Positions 17,520 to 26,952 of a DNA stretch of 64,000 nt are shown piece after piece. The notes beneath the pieces are model-generated. The model saw only the letters and a list, made by a program, of their open reading frames with translations, did not search any database and was not told the origin of the DNA. This DNA is from a virus (lineage: Duplodnaviria; Caudoviricetes), in the IMG/VR virus record IMGVR_UViG_2906128962_000004, positions 1-64,000 of that record; one strand, written 5' to 3'. A program made the translations under genes and the position numbers. The number at the start of each line of letters is the position of its first letter. The first letter of the stretch is position 1.

Positions 17520-19238
17520 TTAGTTGCTGGAAGAGGACTCAATCACGCCGCCGGTGCGGAAGTTCAGGCCGCCAACTTTGAGGCTGGTAAGGGTGAACAA
17601 CGTGAAGTAGTCCTGGCCGTTTCGTGGATGGATACGGTTGATGGACGAGCCCCAAAGAGTGGTACGGTCCACCAGCGCCGGTGTGGTCGGATGCTTGAAC
17701 GGAATAACCGGAACGGCATCGCCGGTGATGAAGCCAGCTTTGCCCGGGTTTTCGTCGCGGCAGTAACACAGGATGTCGTAGGAATGGAACTCGATACCGC
17801 TGGCGGTGAATGCGGTGCAAACGCCAGACGGGATTTCGAACACTTTGATGCCGTTGAACAGCGTACCGATGAAGTGAACGTACGGAACCTGCGTGTAGTT
17901 CTCCGCTGCGGTAAACATGGTAGGTGGCAGCATTTTGATAAAGCCAGCCGCGTCCGCGCCCGCAAACATACCCACTGAGCCGGTTGTGCGTGTACGTTCT
18001 GCGATGTCGCGGAATACCTGCTGCACCTTACCTTTGAACATCATGGTCCAGACATCCAGATTGGTATCCTGCGGGATAGCCACGTCGTAGGTGTCAGTGT
18101 GCTTGCAGCGGCGGATCATTGTGCGCAAACGCAGCATGTCCTGCTCGTGGGACAGGTAGTCTTTCAGCGTACGATACTGCAGCGAGCCCAGGTCAATGCC
18201 GAATTCGCGTTGCGCATCGTATGCTGCCATCACGCTATGTTCTGCAGCCAGAGCATACTGTGATGGGTAAACGGTCCATTCCCGCATTTCCTGGTTGATA
18301 ACAGGAATGTATTCAGGAGCCGCTTCGATGTTGATCTCAACTTCAGCTTCTAACTCAATGCCTGAATCGAGGGGCTTAGAGAAGGTGAGGTCGATCTGAC
18401 CTTTTCCGTAGTCGACGACGCCGGTCAATACGTTCTGCTGGCCATCTGCGTTGGCAAAGCTGTAAATAATCTGGCCGGAATTACCGCTAGCGGCATCCAC
18501 ATCAGTTGATTCGTTATTGATGTAGATGACGGAACGGCCCTTACGAATAGGGATTTCTTTACCGTTTTCAAAGTCGGAGATTTTGAAGATGAAAGAGGTT
18601 TTTACACCGTCGCCTTTGGTTTGCAGGACATAGTTACGGCGCATCTGCGCGTACTGGCCAACGGACTGCATGTCCAGCTGGTCGCCCTGTTTGAAATCAC
18701 CGAAAGTGGTACCGGCTACGTTGATGATTTCATAAATTTTGGATTTATCTCGCGGTACCGGAATGAAGGTACATGCGTCACCGGTTTGTGCGCCCAGGGC
18801 GACCGGCAGAATCATTGCCAGGAAGATTGGCTGACGGATGATACCGTCCTGGCTGGACATCACTTCTGCGTTGATGGATTCCAGCATGATATCGTTCAGC
18901 GATTTCTGGCCGGACTGGACGTTTTCCATCAACAGGCAGTTTTCGAGAGTCTGGTGAGCAGCTGCCAGTACTTCAGGACGAGGTGAACAGCGGTGTTTGT
19001 TGGAGTATTCCGCGATCGCAGAACCCCACGCAGACAGTACAGAACGCTGTACGGACTCAGGAACCCCTTCGAAGATCGGATCTGCTTTCGCTGCTTCCAT
19101 CATGGAGGTGATACGCAGCTCAGGGTCCTGGATGTAGCCGTTATGGTCGAATTGCGCATCGGAACAATAGCTGGTTACGAGATGAGCATTCTTCGAGATC
19201 TCGGCAATGCGTTGGCGAAACTCTTTGTTGTCGGACAT
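17520..19238 (-). CDS. Major capsid protein (P1 gp23-like)
   Basis: 572 aa; EAEVEINIEAAPEYIPVINQEM, AAEHSVMAAYDAQREFGIDLG motifs; own late promoter. Confidence 0.85.
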   Translation of the reverse strand: MSDNKEFRQRIAEISKNAHLVTSYCSDAQFDHNGYIQDPELRITSMMEAAKADPIFEGVPESVQRSVLSAWGSAIAEYSNKHRCSPRPEVLAAAHQTLENCLLMENVQSGQKSLNDIMLESINAEVMSSQDGIIRQPIFLAMILPVALGAQTGDACTFIPVPRDKSKIYEIINVAGTTFGDFKQGDQLDMQSVGQYAQMRRNYVLQTKGDGVKTSFIFKISDFENGKEIPIRKGRSVIYINNESTDVDAASGNSGQIIYSFANADGQQNVLTGVVDYGKGQIDLTFSKPLDSGIELEAEVEINIEAAPEYIPVINQEMREWTVYPSQYALAAEHSVMAAYDAQREFGIDLGSLQYRTLKDYLSHEQDMLRLRTMIRRCKHTDTYDVAIPQDTNLDVWTMMFKGKVQQVFRDIAERTRTTGSVGMFAGADAAGFIKMLPPTMFTAAENYTQVPYVHFIGTLFNGIKVFEIPSGVCTAFTASGIEFHSYDILCYCRDENPGKAGFITGDAVPVIPFKHPTTPALVDRTTLWGSSINRIHPRNGQDYFTLFTLTSLKVGGLNFRTGGVIESSSSN

Positions 19239-19270
19239 AAATCAAGCCTTTGTGGTTTTCAGTCGGCTCA

Positions 19271-19289
19271 ATTATCCGGAAAGTTACAT
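19271..19289 (-). promoter_or_regulatory. P1-type late promoter (capsid operon)
   Basis: Minus strand ATGTAACTTT-CCG-GATAAT. Confidence 0.7.
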
Positions 19290-19500
19290 CTCGATTATCT
19301 ATTGCTTAGTACATTCTGAAAGAAAAAGGCGCTTTCGCGCCTTTGGTTTTGCCATGTACCGATTAACGCCTAATGCTTAAGAGAAAGGCGTCTTAATAGA
19401 CGCCTTGAAGGAACTTGCTACGGTTGCTTCCGCAAGGAAACAGGCAAGAGCTATGTGAATACTCTAAAAGACATGCAACGAAAGTAATGTAAATTAGTAT

Positions 19501-19752
19501 TTATTGTTTGTCTACCGTGGCCGCTCCATTAAGACGGTTCACTGTGATGTTATGATCGTTTGTGATCTCCAGCCCCAGCCGTATTGCTTCAATGTAGACC
19601 GGATAATCGCCATAAAGATTTACATCGTAGGCGGGCATCTGACACATCGAGGCGCTAACACCCGCTGGTGCTGCATTAACGTGAATACTTGGCGTTGAAG
19701 GCGTCGATTGAATCCCGCTGCACCCTGATAACATCATCGGGAACAGGAGCAT
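19501..19752 (-). CDS. Outer-membrane lipoprotein spanin (o-spanin, P1 Mlp-like)
   Basis: MLLFPMMLSGC|S lipobox; overlaps 3' end of i-spanin in another frame. Confidence 0.75.
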   Translation of the reverse strand: MLLFPMMLSGCSGIQSTPSTPSIHVNAAPAGVSASMCQMPAYDVNLYGDYPVYIEAIRLGLEITNDHNITVNRLNGAATVDKQ

Positions 19753-20125
19753 TAGCACATACGTTGTTATCCTGGAGTTCCCGAAGTTTTTGCTGAAGAA
19801 CGTTACTTTTTTGCTGATATTCTTGAGCTTGTTTTGCATTCGTTTGACTCTCTTGGTTAAGTATCTCGGTTCTGGCCGCATAGAATTCAGCTTTCTTTTC
19901 AGCCGCGAGGCGGGCAGTGTCGAGGGTTGATATCTGCTGATCTTTGCTTCCAATGGTTTTATTGAGGTTATTTATGGCCGTGGTTTGCGTCTCTACAGTA
20001 GTGAGAACGTCATCAAGCCAGCGCCATCCCAAATAGGTCGCGATACTCACCATGACGATCAGGACCAACATCGAGACGCTTTTCAGGCTAGGGGTCCCAA
20101 CCCATCCTTTAATCAAAGCCCACAC
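19676..20125 (-). CDS. Inner-membrane spanin (i-spanin, Rz-like)
   Basis: N-terminal TM, long coiled coil, CANAPVPDDV motif. Confidence 0.8.
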   Translation of the reverse strand: MWALIKGWVGTPSLKSVSMLVLIVMVSIATYLGWRWLDDVLTTVETQTTAINNLNKTIGSKDQQISTLDTARLAAEKKAEFYAARTEILNQESQTNAKQAQEYQQKSNVLQQKLRELQDNNVCANAPVPDDVIRVQRDSIDAFNAKYSR

Positions 20126-20907
20126 TATGAACCTCCTTTCAATGCGTTAAGCACAGTAGCCGGTGTAATCGCTGTAATGGCGCTGGCGACCGTGCTGTCA
20201 TTAACTGATGCGTTTACCAACGCAACGGAAATCGCATTGCTATAGGCTGTCTGAGCCGTATTGCTGCTGCTGGCCGCGTCCTCATAGATGGTTTTCAGTT
20301 CATCACCTGCAGCAGTGACATTGGCCATTGGAATGGTGAATCCCTCAACCGCATCGTTTAACGCTTTGATCTGGTCATCAGTTACTGTTGGGCTGGTGGT
20401 CCCTCCAGTTTCTCCGCTACCAGCTTCTTCGCCACCGGCGCCAGTGGACAATGCAGCATTGATTACTTCCATTGCTTCTTTGAGGGGCGCGGTATCGAGC
20501 GCAGAAAGAGCAGACAGGAGGTTTTCCGGATGAGTTTCGTCAGCGATGGCCAGTGATACCGGTAGCTCGGTTGCTGCGAGATCATTAGCGCGGCAATACA
20601 CATCCCAGCCGATAGATAGCTGAATAAGTGCAGACGGATCAGCGTACTCACGTAAAAGCTTCACGTGCGCGTCAGTGGATTTTGCTAATTCAGACAGAAG
20701 GGAGGCCCAGCCGGTGATCTGCGCGGTGCTTATGCTGATTGTTTCGGGGTATTCAACGGCTGACTGAATCAGGCCAGCCAGCAAGGTACTAATTGCTGTT
20801 GCATTGGTGACTGCCTCGACGCTTTTTTCAATACTTGGCGGTGTGGTCATCCCACCGGCAGCGGTGAGCGCTTTATAGGCATCAAGTTGATTTGTCGTTG
20901 AAAGCAT
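20125..20907 (-). CDS. P1 UpfB-like protein
   Basis: 260 aa Ala/Thr-rich between PAAR and spanin; synteny. Confidence 0.55.
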   Translation of the reverse strand: MLSTTNQLDAYKALTAAGGMTTPPSIEKSVEAVTNATAISTLLAGLIQSAVEYPETISISTAQITGWASLLSELAKSTDAHVKLLREYADPSALIQLSIGWDVYCRANDLAATELPVSLAIADETHPENLLSALSALDTAPLKEAMEVINAALSTGAGGEEAGSGETGGTTSPTVTDDQIKALNDAVEGFTIPMANVTAAGDELKTIYEDAASSSNTAQTAYSNAISVALVNASVNDSTVASAITAITPATVLNALKGGS

Positions 20908-20910
20908 AAT

Positions 20911-21195
20911 TTATCCAACCTTAACGAGCGGATCACCGCTGGTGACAGTCGATCCACAAGACACCGGGTCGCCCTCACACACAACCGGCTTGCCTCCTAT
21001 AGTGAACCAGGGACGGGTAGAAACAGCATTACCCGGGTGAGATGATTTACCGTCTGTATGCGCGGGGTAGGCGTTACCGTCCACCAGCACGCCAATACCG
21101 TTTACCTTAACGAATTCGACGGCCTCTGCTGGTGGTCTTGAAGGGAATCCGCCGTGCCCGGAACAGACAGAGTTTTTTACTGCGATGTTCGACAT
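20911..21195 (-). CDS. PAAR-domain spike tip protein
   Basis: CSGHGGFPSRP...H...HPG...VVCEGDPVSCGS PAAR-like Zn ligands. Confidence 0.88.
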   Translation of the reverse strand: MSNIAVKNSVCSGHGGFPSRPPAEAVEFVKVNGIGVLVDGNAYPAHTDGKSSHPGNAVSTRPWFTIGGKPVVCEGDPVSCGSTVTSGDPLVKVG

Positions 21196-21227
21196 AAAAA
21201 AGCCCACAGATTGATGATTCTGTGGGC
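21196..21227 (-). terminator. Rho-independent terminator of the rdgC-methylase operon
   Basis: GCCCACAGA-N8-TCTGTGGGC then T6 on minus strand. Confidence 0.75.
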
Positions 21228-21246
21228 AGTGTATGGAAAGTTACTT
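21228..21246 (-). promoter_or_regulatory. P1-type late promoter (PAAR-spanin operon)
   Basis: Minus strand AAGTAACTTT-CCA-TACACT. Confidence 0.7.
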
Positions 21247-21259
21247 CTCAAATAGGGTG

Positions 21260-21634
21260 TTATTTCTCGCCGTTAACCCGGCAACCGCGCGCCACGCTTT
21301 CGAGATCCGAAACGACAGGGATGAAGCGCGGATCATCATCAATCCAGATGTTAGGTTTCCAGCCGATCTCTTCGCAGAATGCTTCTTTCTGCTTACCTTC
21401 GGTGAAAATGACCGGCACATTAAGTCGTTCGCCCCAGGTGATAATGTCGCTGTTATTACCTGTTGAAAAACGGAACGTCACAATGCGCACGTCGGTACCG
21501 TATTTAAGCATCGATCCGACCAACTGACAGAAGAGTGCGGTATTAGCCGTAAACGTCCCGTCGAAGTCGACCGCGATGTTCAGCGTCTCTGCTGCGGGCT
21601 CATGAGACGATTCGCTATCCCTATTTTGCATCAT
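21260..21634 (-). CDS. HAD-superfamily phosphatase-like protein
   Basis: IAVDFDGT motif I and WIDDDP motif IV. Confidence 0.75.
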   Translation of the reverse strand: MMQNRDSESSHEPAAETLNIAVDFDGTFTANTALFCQLVGSMLKYGTDVRIVTFRFSTGNNSDIITWGERLNVPVIFTEGKQKEAFCEEIGWKPNIWIDDDPRFIPVVSDLESVARGCRVNGEK

Positions 21635-22371
21635 ATCTCTACTTTAAATCCCCGCAGCTTCGCCATTGCCTTATCCAGTTCGGCCATTCCATCCACCATC
21701 GTATCGAAGGCTTTTGTCACTTTCTGATGTGCCTGGAGCACTTCACGGCGGACTGGTTCCAGCTGTTTGGTGATGGCATCGCGTGCGGTTTGGGCTTCTT
21801 TCGCTTCCTTGGCGCGGGATAGTGCCATTTCAGAGATTTTTAGTAACTGCTCAGGCGTAAAACCGGCGAGAGGATCGGATGATTGTTGATGAGTGGAGTG
21901 TTTAGCTAACATGGTTTCTTCTCTAAGACGTTTAAGGCAGTGACTGCAAGTTTCCAGTGGCTTGCCGTAGTTATCAGGAAATTCAGAAAGAGGTTTGCTT
22001 GTGCCGCACGACATGCACTGATGTTTAGGGGGAGCTTCCTCCCTCCATGAATTCACAACCTCTGTAACTGTCGGTTGTGCTGGGACGACGCTTGCAGCCG
22101 GTAACAGGCTAACCTTGTCCTCTGGAATACCGGTGAATCTCATATGCTGAAACCAGAGCTTTTCCTTCCCAGGTTTACCGGAGCGAGTTACATGGAGAGC
22201 GCTGGTGGATTCGATAATGCCCACCAGCTGCTGTCGTTCTTTTTTACTTAATACGGAAAAGGAATCCACCTTATACAGATCGGACTCTTCCACGCCGTTT
22301 GGGTAACGCAATACGTATGCTTTTACCCGGCTAAGAGCCCGCTCTAAATGAGGCGGGGTTTTTCTGGCCAT
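21631..22371 (-). CDS. Hypothetical protein with CxxC...CxxC Zn finger and coiled coil
   Basis: CMSC/CSHC; operon-embedded. Confidence 0.7.
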   Translation of the reverse strand: MARKTPPHLERALSRVKAYVLRYPNGVEESDLYKVDSFSVLSKKERQQLVGIIESTSALHVTRSGKPGKEKLWFQHMRFTGIPEDKVSLLPAASVVPAQPTVTEVVNSWREEAPPKHQCMSCGTSKPLSEFPDNYGKPLETCSHCLKRLREETMLAKHSTHQQSSDPLAGFTPEQLLKISEMALSRAKEAKEAQTARDAITKQLEPVRREVLQAHQKVTKAFDTMVDGMAELDKAMAKLRGFKVEI

Positions 22372-23183
22372 TAATCAAGTACCCCCAAAATATCAGTAGT
22401 TGTCTCGCGTGAGTTGCCATTGCTGGCTATCGACTGGCGGCGAGGTATGTGATGAATAGTGAATCCCGCGTCACGGTATAGCTGGTCAATAGCTGGCGCG
22501 CTGGAATTAGATATGACAATTTTGGCTCCGCGCCGGTGAGCTGCGCGGCAGGCCTCAACGACACCTAATTGATCTTCCCATTTAAAACCGTCAGGTGTGT
22601 AATTGGTGAATCCCGCCTGGCCTGGCATCGGTTCATAAGGTGGATCGCAGTAAACCACGTCACCCTCTCTCGCAAGGCCAATGGTTCGCCGGAAATCACT
22701 GAGCATAAACACGTAGTTATGCGCATATTTCGCGAAGGCTTTTATTTCCTTTTCTGGGAAATATGGGGCCTTGTAGTGTCCAAAGCTGGTGTTGAATCCA
22801 CCTGAATTGTTGTACCTCATGAGCCCATTGAAACAATGCCTGTTCAGGAACAGGAATGCAGCCGCGCGCTCAGGACCGGATAACTGCTGCTCGTTGAAGT
22901 CACTGCGGATGGCAAAATATCCGCTTTCAGTATTCATCTTGTCGAACATTACACGGGCTAACTGGAGAACAAGCTCCGGCACAACGGTGAGCATTTGATA
23001 CATGCTGATTAGGTCAGGGTTAACATCGGCCAACAGGAATGAACCGTGCTTATCAGAGTTGGTGAAAACAGAACCGCCACCAACAAAGGGCTCAATTAAG
23101 CGAAGACCTTCAGGCATGAGGGGAAAGATATGTTTGAGCTGACGCTGTTTGCCACCAGCCCATTTCAGGATCGGATTAAGCAT
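22371..23183 (-). CDS. dam: DNA adenine methyltransferase (Dam family)
   Basis: KWAGGK, EPFVGGGSV, DPPY motifs. Confidence 0.95.
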   Translation of the reverse strand: MLNPILKWAGGKQRQLKHIFPLMPEGLRLIEPFVGGGSVFTNSDKHGSFLLADVNPDLISMYQMLTVVPELVLQLARVMFDKMNTESGYFAIRSDFNEQQLSGPERAAAFLFLNRHCFNGLMRYNNSGGFNTSFGHYKAPYFPEKEIKAFAKYAHNYVFMLSDFRRTIGLAREGDVVYCDPPYEPMPGQAGFTNYTPDGFKWEDQLGVVEACRAAHRRGAKIVISNSSAPAIDQLYRDAGFTIHHIPRRQSIASNGNSRETTTDILGVLD

Positions 23184-23929
23184 GTGGCGCGGTCCTTGTT
23201 TGCTTCAAATATCGCCCGGGCGAATCCTTCAGGTGTTTCGCTGCGGATGTTCGCCCGTTCAGGGCCTGGCGCCGCTGTATGGATACGGTTATCGGGATAG
23301 TCTGTGTAACCGGGGAAGGTTACCGGGAGTTTTCCCTTTGGGATCATCCGACCATATTCAGCGATCACCCCTTCGATCGCCGCACTTACCGCGGGCAAAA
23401 GCGCCGGAAAGGGCATTTGCATGCCTTGCCCCGTCCATAAGCAGGTGCGTTTGGTGTAGTTATCTTTAGCTATGTACGCAGTGAATTCATAGGGATCAAA
23501 CAAATGGTCTGGCTTGCGCCAAAAAGTCGAGATTCTGCTGACCGGGTTTTCAATCAGGAAAGGGCATCCAATGAAGCGGGCAAGGTCATAACACTGCCAG
23601 ACAACCTGCATAGCCTTAAATTGAAAGGCCGGATCTTCCTCTGCCTTTGAAGCGAACCAGCGCGAGCCGGAAGTGGCTAAATTAGTGCAAGGAGGGAAGC
23701 CAGCGAGGAATGTAATACGGTTCAGGTTTTCCCTGATGAAAGCATATACCTCAGAGCTATCGATGATGGCGCTAATGCGCGTCAAAGTAGCTCCAGAGGG
23801 GTGTAATTCTTCGCTCGTGGCCTGGTGCTGAGGATCAACTATTACAGCATCGCAACCGGCTTCCAGCCATGGGATAACCATTTTCCCCGTAAAATCGCAT
23901 AGGCTAACCACCAGCGCGCGATTACTCAT
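23165..23929 (-). CDS. DNA cytosine-5 methyltransferase-like protein
   Basis: GFPPC catalytic motif IV, IENP motif VI, KRTCLW motif VIII. Confidence 0.75.
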   Translation of the reverse strand: MSNRALVVSLCDFTGKMVIPWLEAGCDAVIVDPQHQATSEELHPSGATLTRISAIIDSSEVYAFIRENLNRITFLAGFPPCTNLATSGSRWFASKAEEDPAFQFKAMQVVWQCYDLARFIGCPFLIENPVSRISTFWRKPDHLFDPYEFTAYIAKDNYTKRTCLWTGQGMQMPFPALLPAVSAAIEGVIAEYGRMIPKGKLPVTFPGYTDYPDNRIHTAAPGPERANIRSETPEGFARAIFEANKDRATCLIRS

Positions 23930-24828
23930 CGAGAGGCCTCGCCTCCGAGGGCCGCTACAATTTTTGAGGTCAGGCTATCCAGCTCACCGGCCAACAGAAT
24001 GATATCCGCAGAACGGCGCTGTAATTCGTCTTCAACATCAATATCTGAGTTTTGATCGAGCAGTTCGTCGGCAAATTTAACCCCGGAGAATCCAGCTCCA
24101 TCGTTAATAGCGAAGTTCACCCTGTCAGTGCAAAGCGACAGTTTGGTGACCAGCTTCCCGGCCGCAATCATTGTTTTAACTTCATCACTGGAAAGATCCT
24201 GCTTATTCAGCTTCGCAGAACCTCCGTCCTCCAGAATGGCTTTAAGATCGGCTTTTTCACCCAGGGTGTAACCAGCTGGTGGAGCATCATTACGCACCCA
24301 TTCGGTCAGCGTCAGCTCAATAGGGTTTTCGAGCGTAAGTGGCACTACCGGCAGAGAACCCAACGCTTTGCGCAGCATAGCCAGCGCATCCTCTGATTTG
24401 CGAGGGCCGCTGTTGATATACAGCAGGTTTGATTCTGATGAATAGAGGATCTGGGTCCGGTCGGTGGCGGTAAATGCACGCGGAAGTAGTGAGTGGATCA
24501 CTTCGTCTTTGAGCGAGTCCTTCTCGGTTTTTTTGAGCTTTCGCCCTTGAGTGGCTTCGAGATTACCAATTTTTTGGTTTAGCTCGGCTTTGATGACGTG
24601 TCCGGGAAGTATTTTTTTCTCGCGTTGAACGGTTAAGGCGATGAAGCCGCTGGCCGCAAAATACAGCATGTCGGAGCCCAGTGGGCTGGTGAAGCCGGTG
24701 CGAGCCATATCCTGGCTTCCACATGGTGAGAACTGGTAGTCAGGTAGAGCCGTTTTGAGCGCTTCCTCATCGAGCTTCATATCGCGGCTAAGGCGATAAA
24801 CACTGAAGTTTTTGTATTGCTTAAACAT
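23926..24828 (-). CDS. rdgC: Recombination-associated protein RdgC (P1 HrdC)
   Basis: MFKQYKNFSVYRL...QREKKILPGHVI...LLPRAF...GSLPVVPL...VTKLSL. Confidence 0.95.
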   Translation of the reverse strand: MFKQYKNFSVYRLSRDMKLDEEALKTALPDYQFSPCGSQDMARTGFTSPLGSDMLYFAASGFIALTVQREKKILPGHVIKAELNQKIGNLEATQGRKLKKTEKDSLKDEVIHSLLPRAFTATDRTQILYSSESNLLYINSGPRKSEDALAMLRKALGSLPVVPLTLENPIELTLTEWVRNDAPPAGYTLGEKADLKAILEDGGSAKLNKQDLSSDEVKTMIAAGKLVTKLSLCTDRVNFAINDGAGFSGVKFADELLDQNSDIDVEDELQRRSADIILLAGELDSLTSKIVAALGGEASR

Positions 24829-25079
24829 CAGGAGGACGCCTTAAGGTACTGGACATGGAAGCTGAGAACGCCACATTCACGCAGGAAATCAGCGGGAGGA
24901 ATTATGTTGGACCAGGTGCGGCGATCGTAACCGATTGTGCCCAGCACCAGTTCGGTGCCATCAGCGCAGCGGGCGACGATGTAATGCTCTTTTCCTTCAA
25001 CATAGATTATGTATTCGTCGAACTTCCCGGCTGTCATTTCGCGGATGAAGTTCGCCCGATTTAGTACGATTTGGGCCAT
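24828..25079 (-). CDS. Hypothetical protein
   Basis: 83 aa, GGAG RBS, stop/start coupled to rdgC. Confidence 0.65.
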   Translation of the reverse strand: MAQIVLNRANFIREMTAGKFDEYIIYVEGKEHYIVARCADGTELVLGTIGYDRRTWSNIIPPADFLRECGVLSFHVQYLKASS

Positions 25080-25106
25080 TTAGCATTACTCCGATAAATA
25101 GAACTT

Positions 25107-25122
25107 ACAGAGTATACTAATT
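25107..25122 (+). promoter_or_regulatory. Candidate C1-type operator
   Basis: ACAGAGTATACTAATT. Confidence 0.65.
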
Positions 25123-25266
25123 TATTAAGAAAATGATATTGATTCAAACGGTAGCTGCTTGCTTTTGCAGGATAATGCCGGGTTACTCTCATGGTGGTTA
25201 ACTGTCAGAACAGAAGCTGATTCCAGGTGGTTGGCACGTGTTTTTTCGTACTCTGTGATTACTTAT

Positions 25267-25340
25267 AGATGTACAAAGGATTTACCAAGTAAGTACAAAG
25301 TACACCTTTTATAAATCTATTGGATGCACTTTGTACGCTA
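25267..25340. repeat. GGATGTA-type repeat array
   Basis: AGATGTAC 25267, GGATTTAC 25278, GTACACC, GGATGCAC 25322. Confidence 0.55.
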
Positions 25341-25346
25341 TCAAGA

Positions 25347-25958
25347 TTAGCCTTTGTCAATGGCGACTTCTGCACCCTTAATGGATATTTTACCCGCGGC
25401 GCTCATGTTGATATTGGCATCTGATTTGATCGTCATATCACTAACAGAGTGTACGAAAAGAGACAGCTGACTGCTAATGTATAACTGACCTGAATCATTC
25501 ACACCCATGGTGGAACCCGAGGCTTTATGAGTGATGGACCAAGATCCACTTTGGTTCCTAATCTCTAATAACCCGTTCCTGTCGCACACATAGTCTTTAC
25601 CTGGCGTAGTTGTACCGGCTGCGGGCGCACCTTCTACAGCTGGTGGTACATAAGGTGAACCTTGCCCGGAGGCTTCTGGTGCTGTGTTAGGAACGCCGCC
25701 AGGGGCATCTGTAGCGCGCCCAACAACACGCGGGCGTGTACTATCCCCGCTATATGGGAAGTCCACCCAGACATCATCACCGGCGAGTAACGGTATGAAT
25801 GCACCATCATCCGGAGGCATACGCTCAGCCCATGGTAGATCTCCGTCAGGAATGCTATCCCATATACCCACCAACCGCACAGACACTCTAAGCAGACCGG
25901 CAGGATCGTCGACCGTTACCACCTTTGCCCGCTGCGGGCCGTTAATTGGTGCCGTCAT
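25347..25958 (-). CDS. Baseplate spike OB-fold protein (P1 gp5-like)
   Basis: DDPAGLLRVSVRL...LPWAE...GDDVWVDF...RPRVVG. Confidence 0.85.
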   Translation of the reverse strand: MTAPINGPQRAKVVTVDDPAGLLRVSVRLVGIWDSIPDGDLPWAERMPPDDGAFIPLLAGDDVWVDFPYSGDSTRPRVVGRATDAPGGVPNTAPEASGQGSPYVPPAVEGAPAAGTTTPGKDYVCDRNGLLEIRNQSGSWSITHKASGSTMGVNDSGQLYISSQLSLFVHSVSDMTIKSDANINMSAAGKISIKGAEVAIDKG

Positions 25959-26952
25959 AAATCACCCCTAACAATGCTCGTGTTACATATCCAAATCGGT
26001 CTTCCTGATGGGCTGCAAGCTTAACTACTAATTTGGTAGGCACGGATTCATCAAGTCCGCTTTCAGTGTTGTAGTTGTGGATCAGGACCTTCATCGGCAG
26101 CCCGGGAGTAATAGCTGAGTTGCCGGTAACCTCGATATCGATTTTGGGTAAAAGGAACGTCGAAAGGTTATTGAGGGCTGTCTGATCATCAACGCTCACC
26201 ATCTTTACTGGCCACGACTTATCACCGGACGTCAGGAGGCCTTTAGTCGGGCTGTATGCCATAAGCCGGTATTGACGTGAGCGGATGTATTGGTCGTCAT
26301 TATTAAGCTTGGCGAAGCGGTTAATGCGCAACGCTGCCTTTGGGTTATTCGCTTCATACGTTAGTGCCGGTGACTGCCTGGATAACGTGGCCATGCTTTT
26401 AACGTTAATCGAACCACGACACACCCAACAAAGGGCACCGGCTTCCTGAGCCATCTGCGCCAGCACTCCGCTGGGTTTTTGCCCCATGTTCAGATGATAC
26501 GTACCCAGCTTTTTGAAATTGTCAGCGTTAACCGTCAGGCCTGTGGCCAGAGCGCGCACGATATTAGCCGGTTGCTTCTTAACAAAAAACTGAGGCTTTG
26601 AAGCCGGAACTTTAAGTGTTTTCACCTTTTCACTGAAAGCAATAATCGTGACGATATCCGCCGACTGGGGGGCTTTCAGGACCTCAAATGTATCGGTCCA
26701 TGTTGTGTTGCCTATGCCCTGTGGATCACCAAAGCTACAGGTAAGAATCGTGCCTTTTTTAACGCCTAATTGATCTACTACGTAACTGGAATTATCGCGA
26801 ACCTCCAGCTGCAATTGCGGACCGGTCAGATCGGCTACCTCAATGTAAAGGCAGCGCGCAATCATGGAGCGGGGGATTTCCGTCTTCCCAATCTTTACTG
26901 TCTGTAGGAAGAGTTGGGAACGTTTCTCTGATGAATTGCTATTAGCGGCCAT
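25942..26952 (-). CDS. Baseplate hub protein (P1 gp6-like)
   Basis: 336 aa; synteny. Confidence 0.7.
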   Translation of the reverse strand: MAANSNSSEKRSQLFLQTVKIGKTEIPRSMIARCLYIEVADLTGPQLQLEVRDNSSYVVDQLGVKKGTILTCSFGDPQGIGNTTWTDTFEVLKAPQSADIVTIIAFSEKVKTLKVPASKPQFFVKKQPANIVRALATGLTVNADNFKKLGTYHLNMGQKPSGVLAQMAQEAGALCWVCRGSINVKSMATLSRQSPALTYEANNPKAALRINRFAKLNNDDQYIRSRQYRLMAYSPTKGLLTSGDKSWPVKMVSVDDQTALNNLSTFLLPKIDIEVTGNSAITPGLPMKVLIHNYNTESGLDESVPTKLVVKLAAHQEDRFGYVTRALLGVIYDGTN

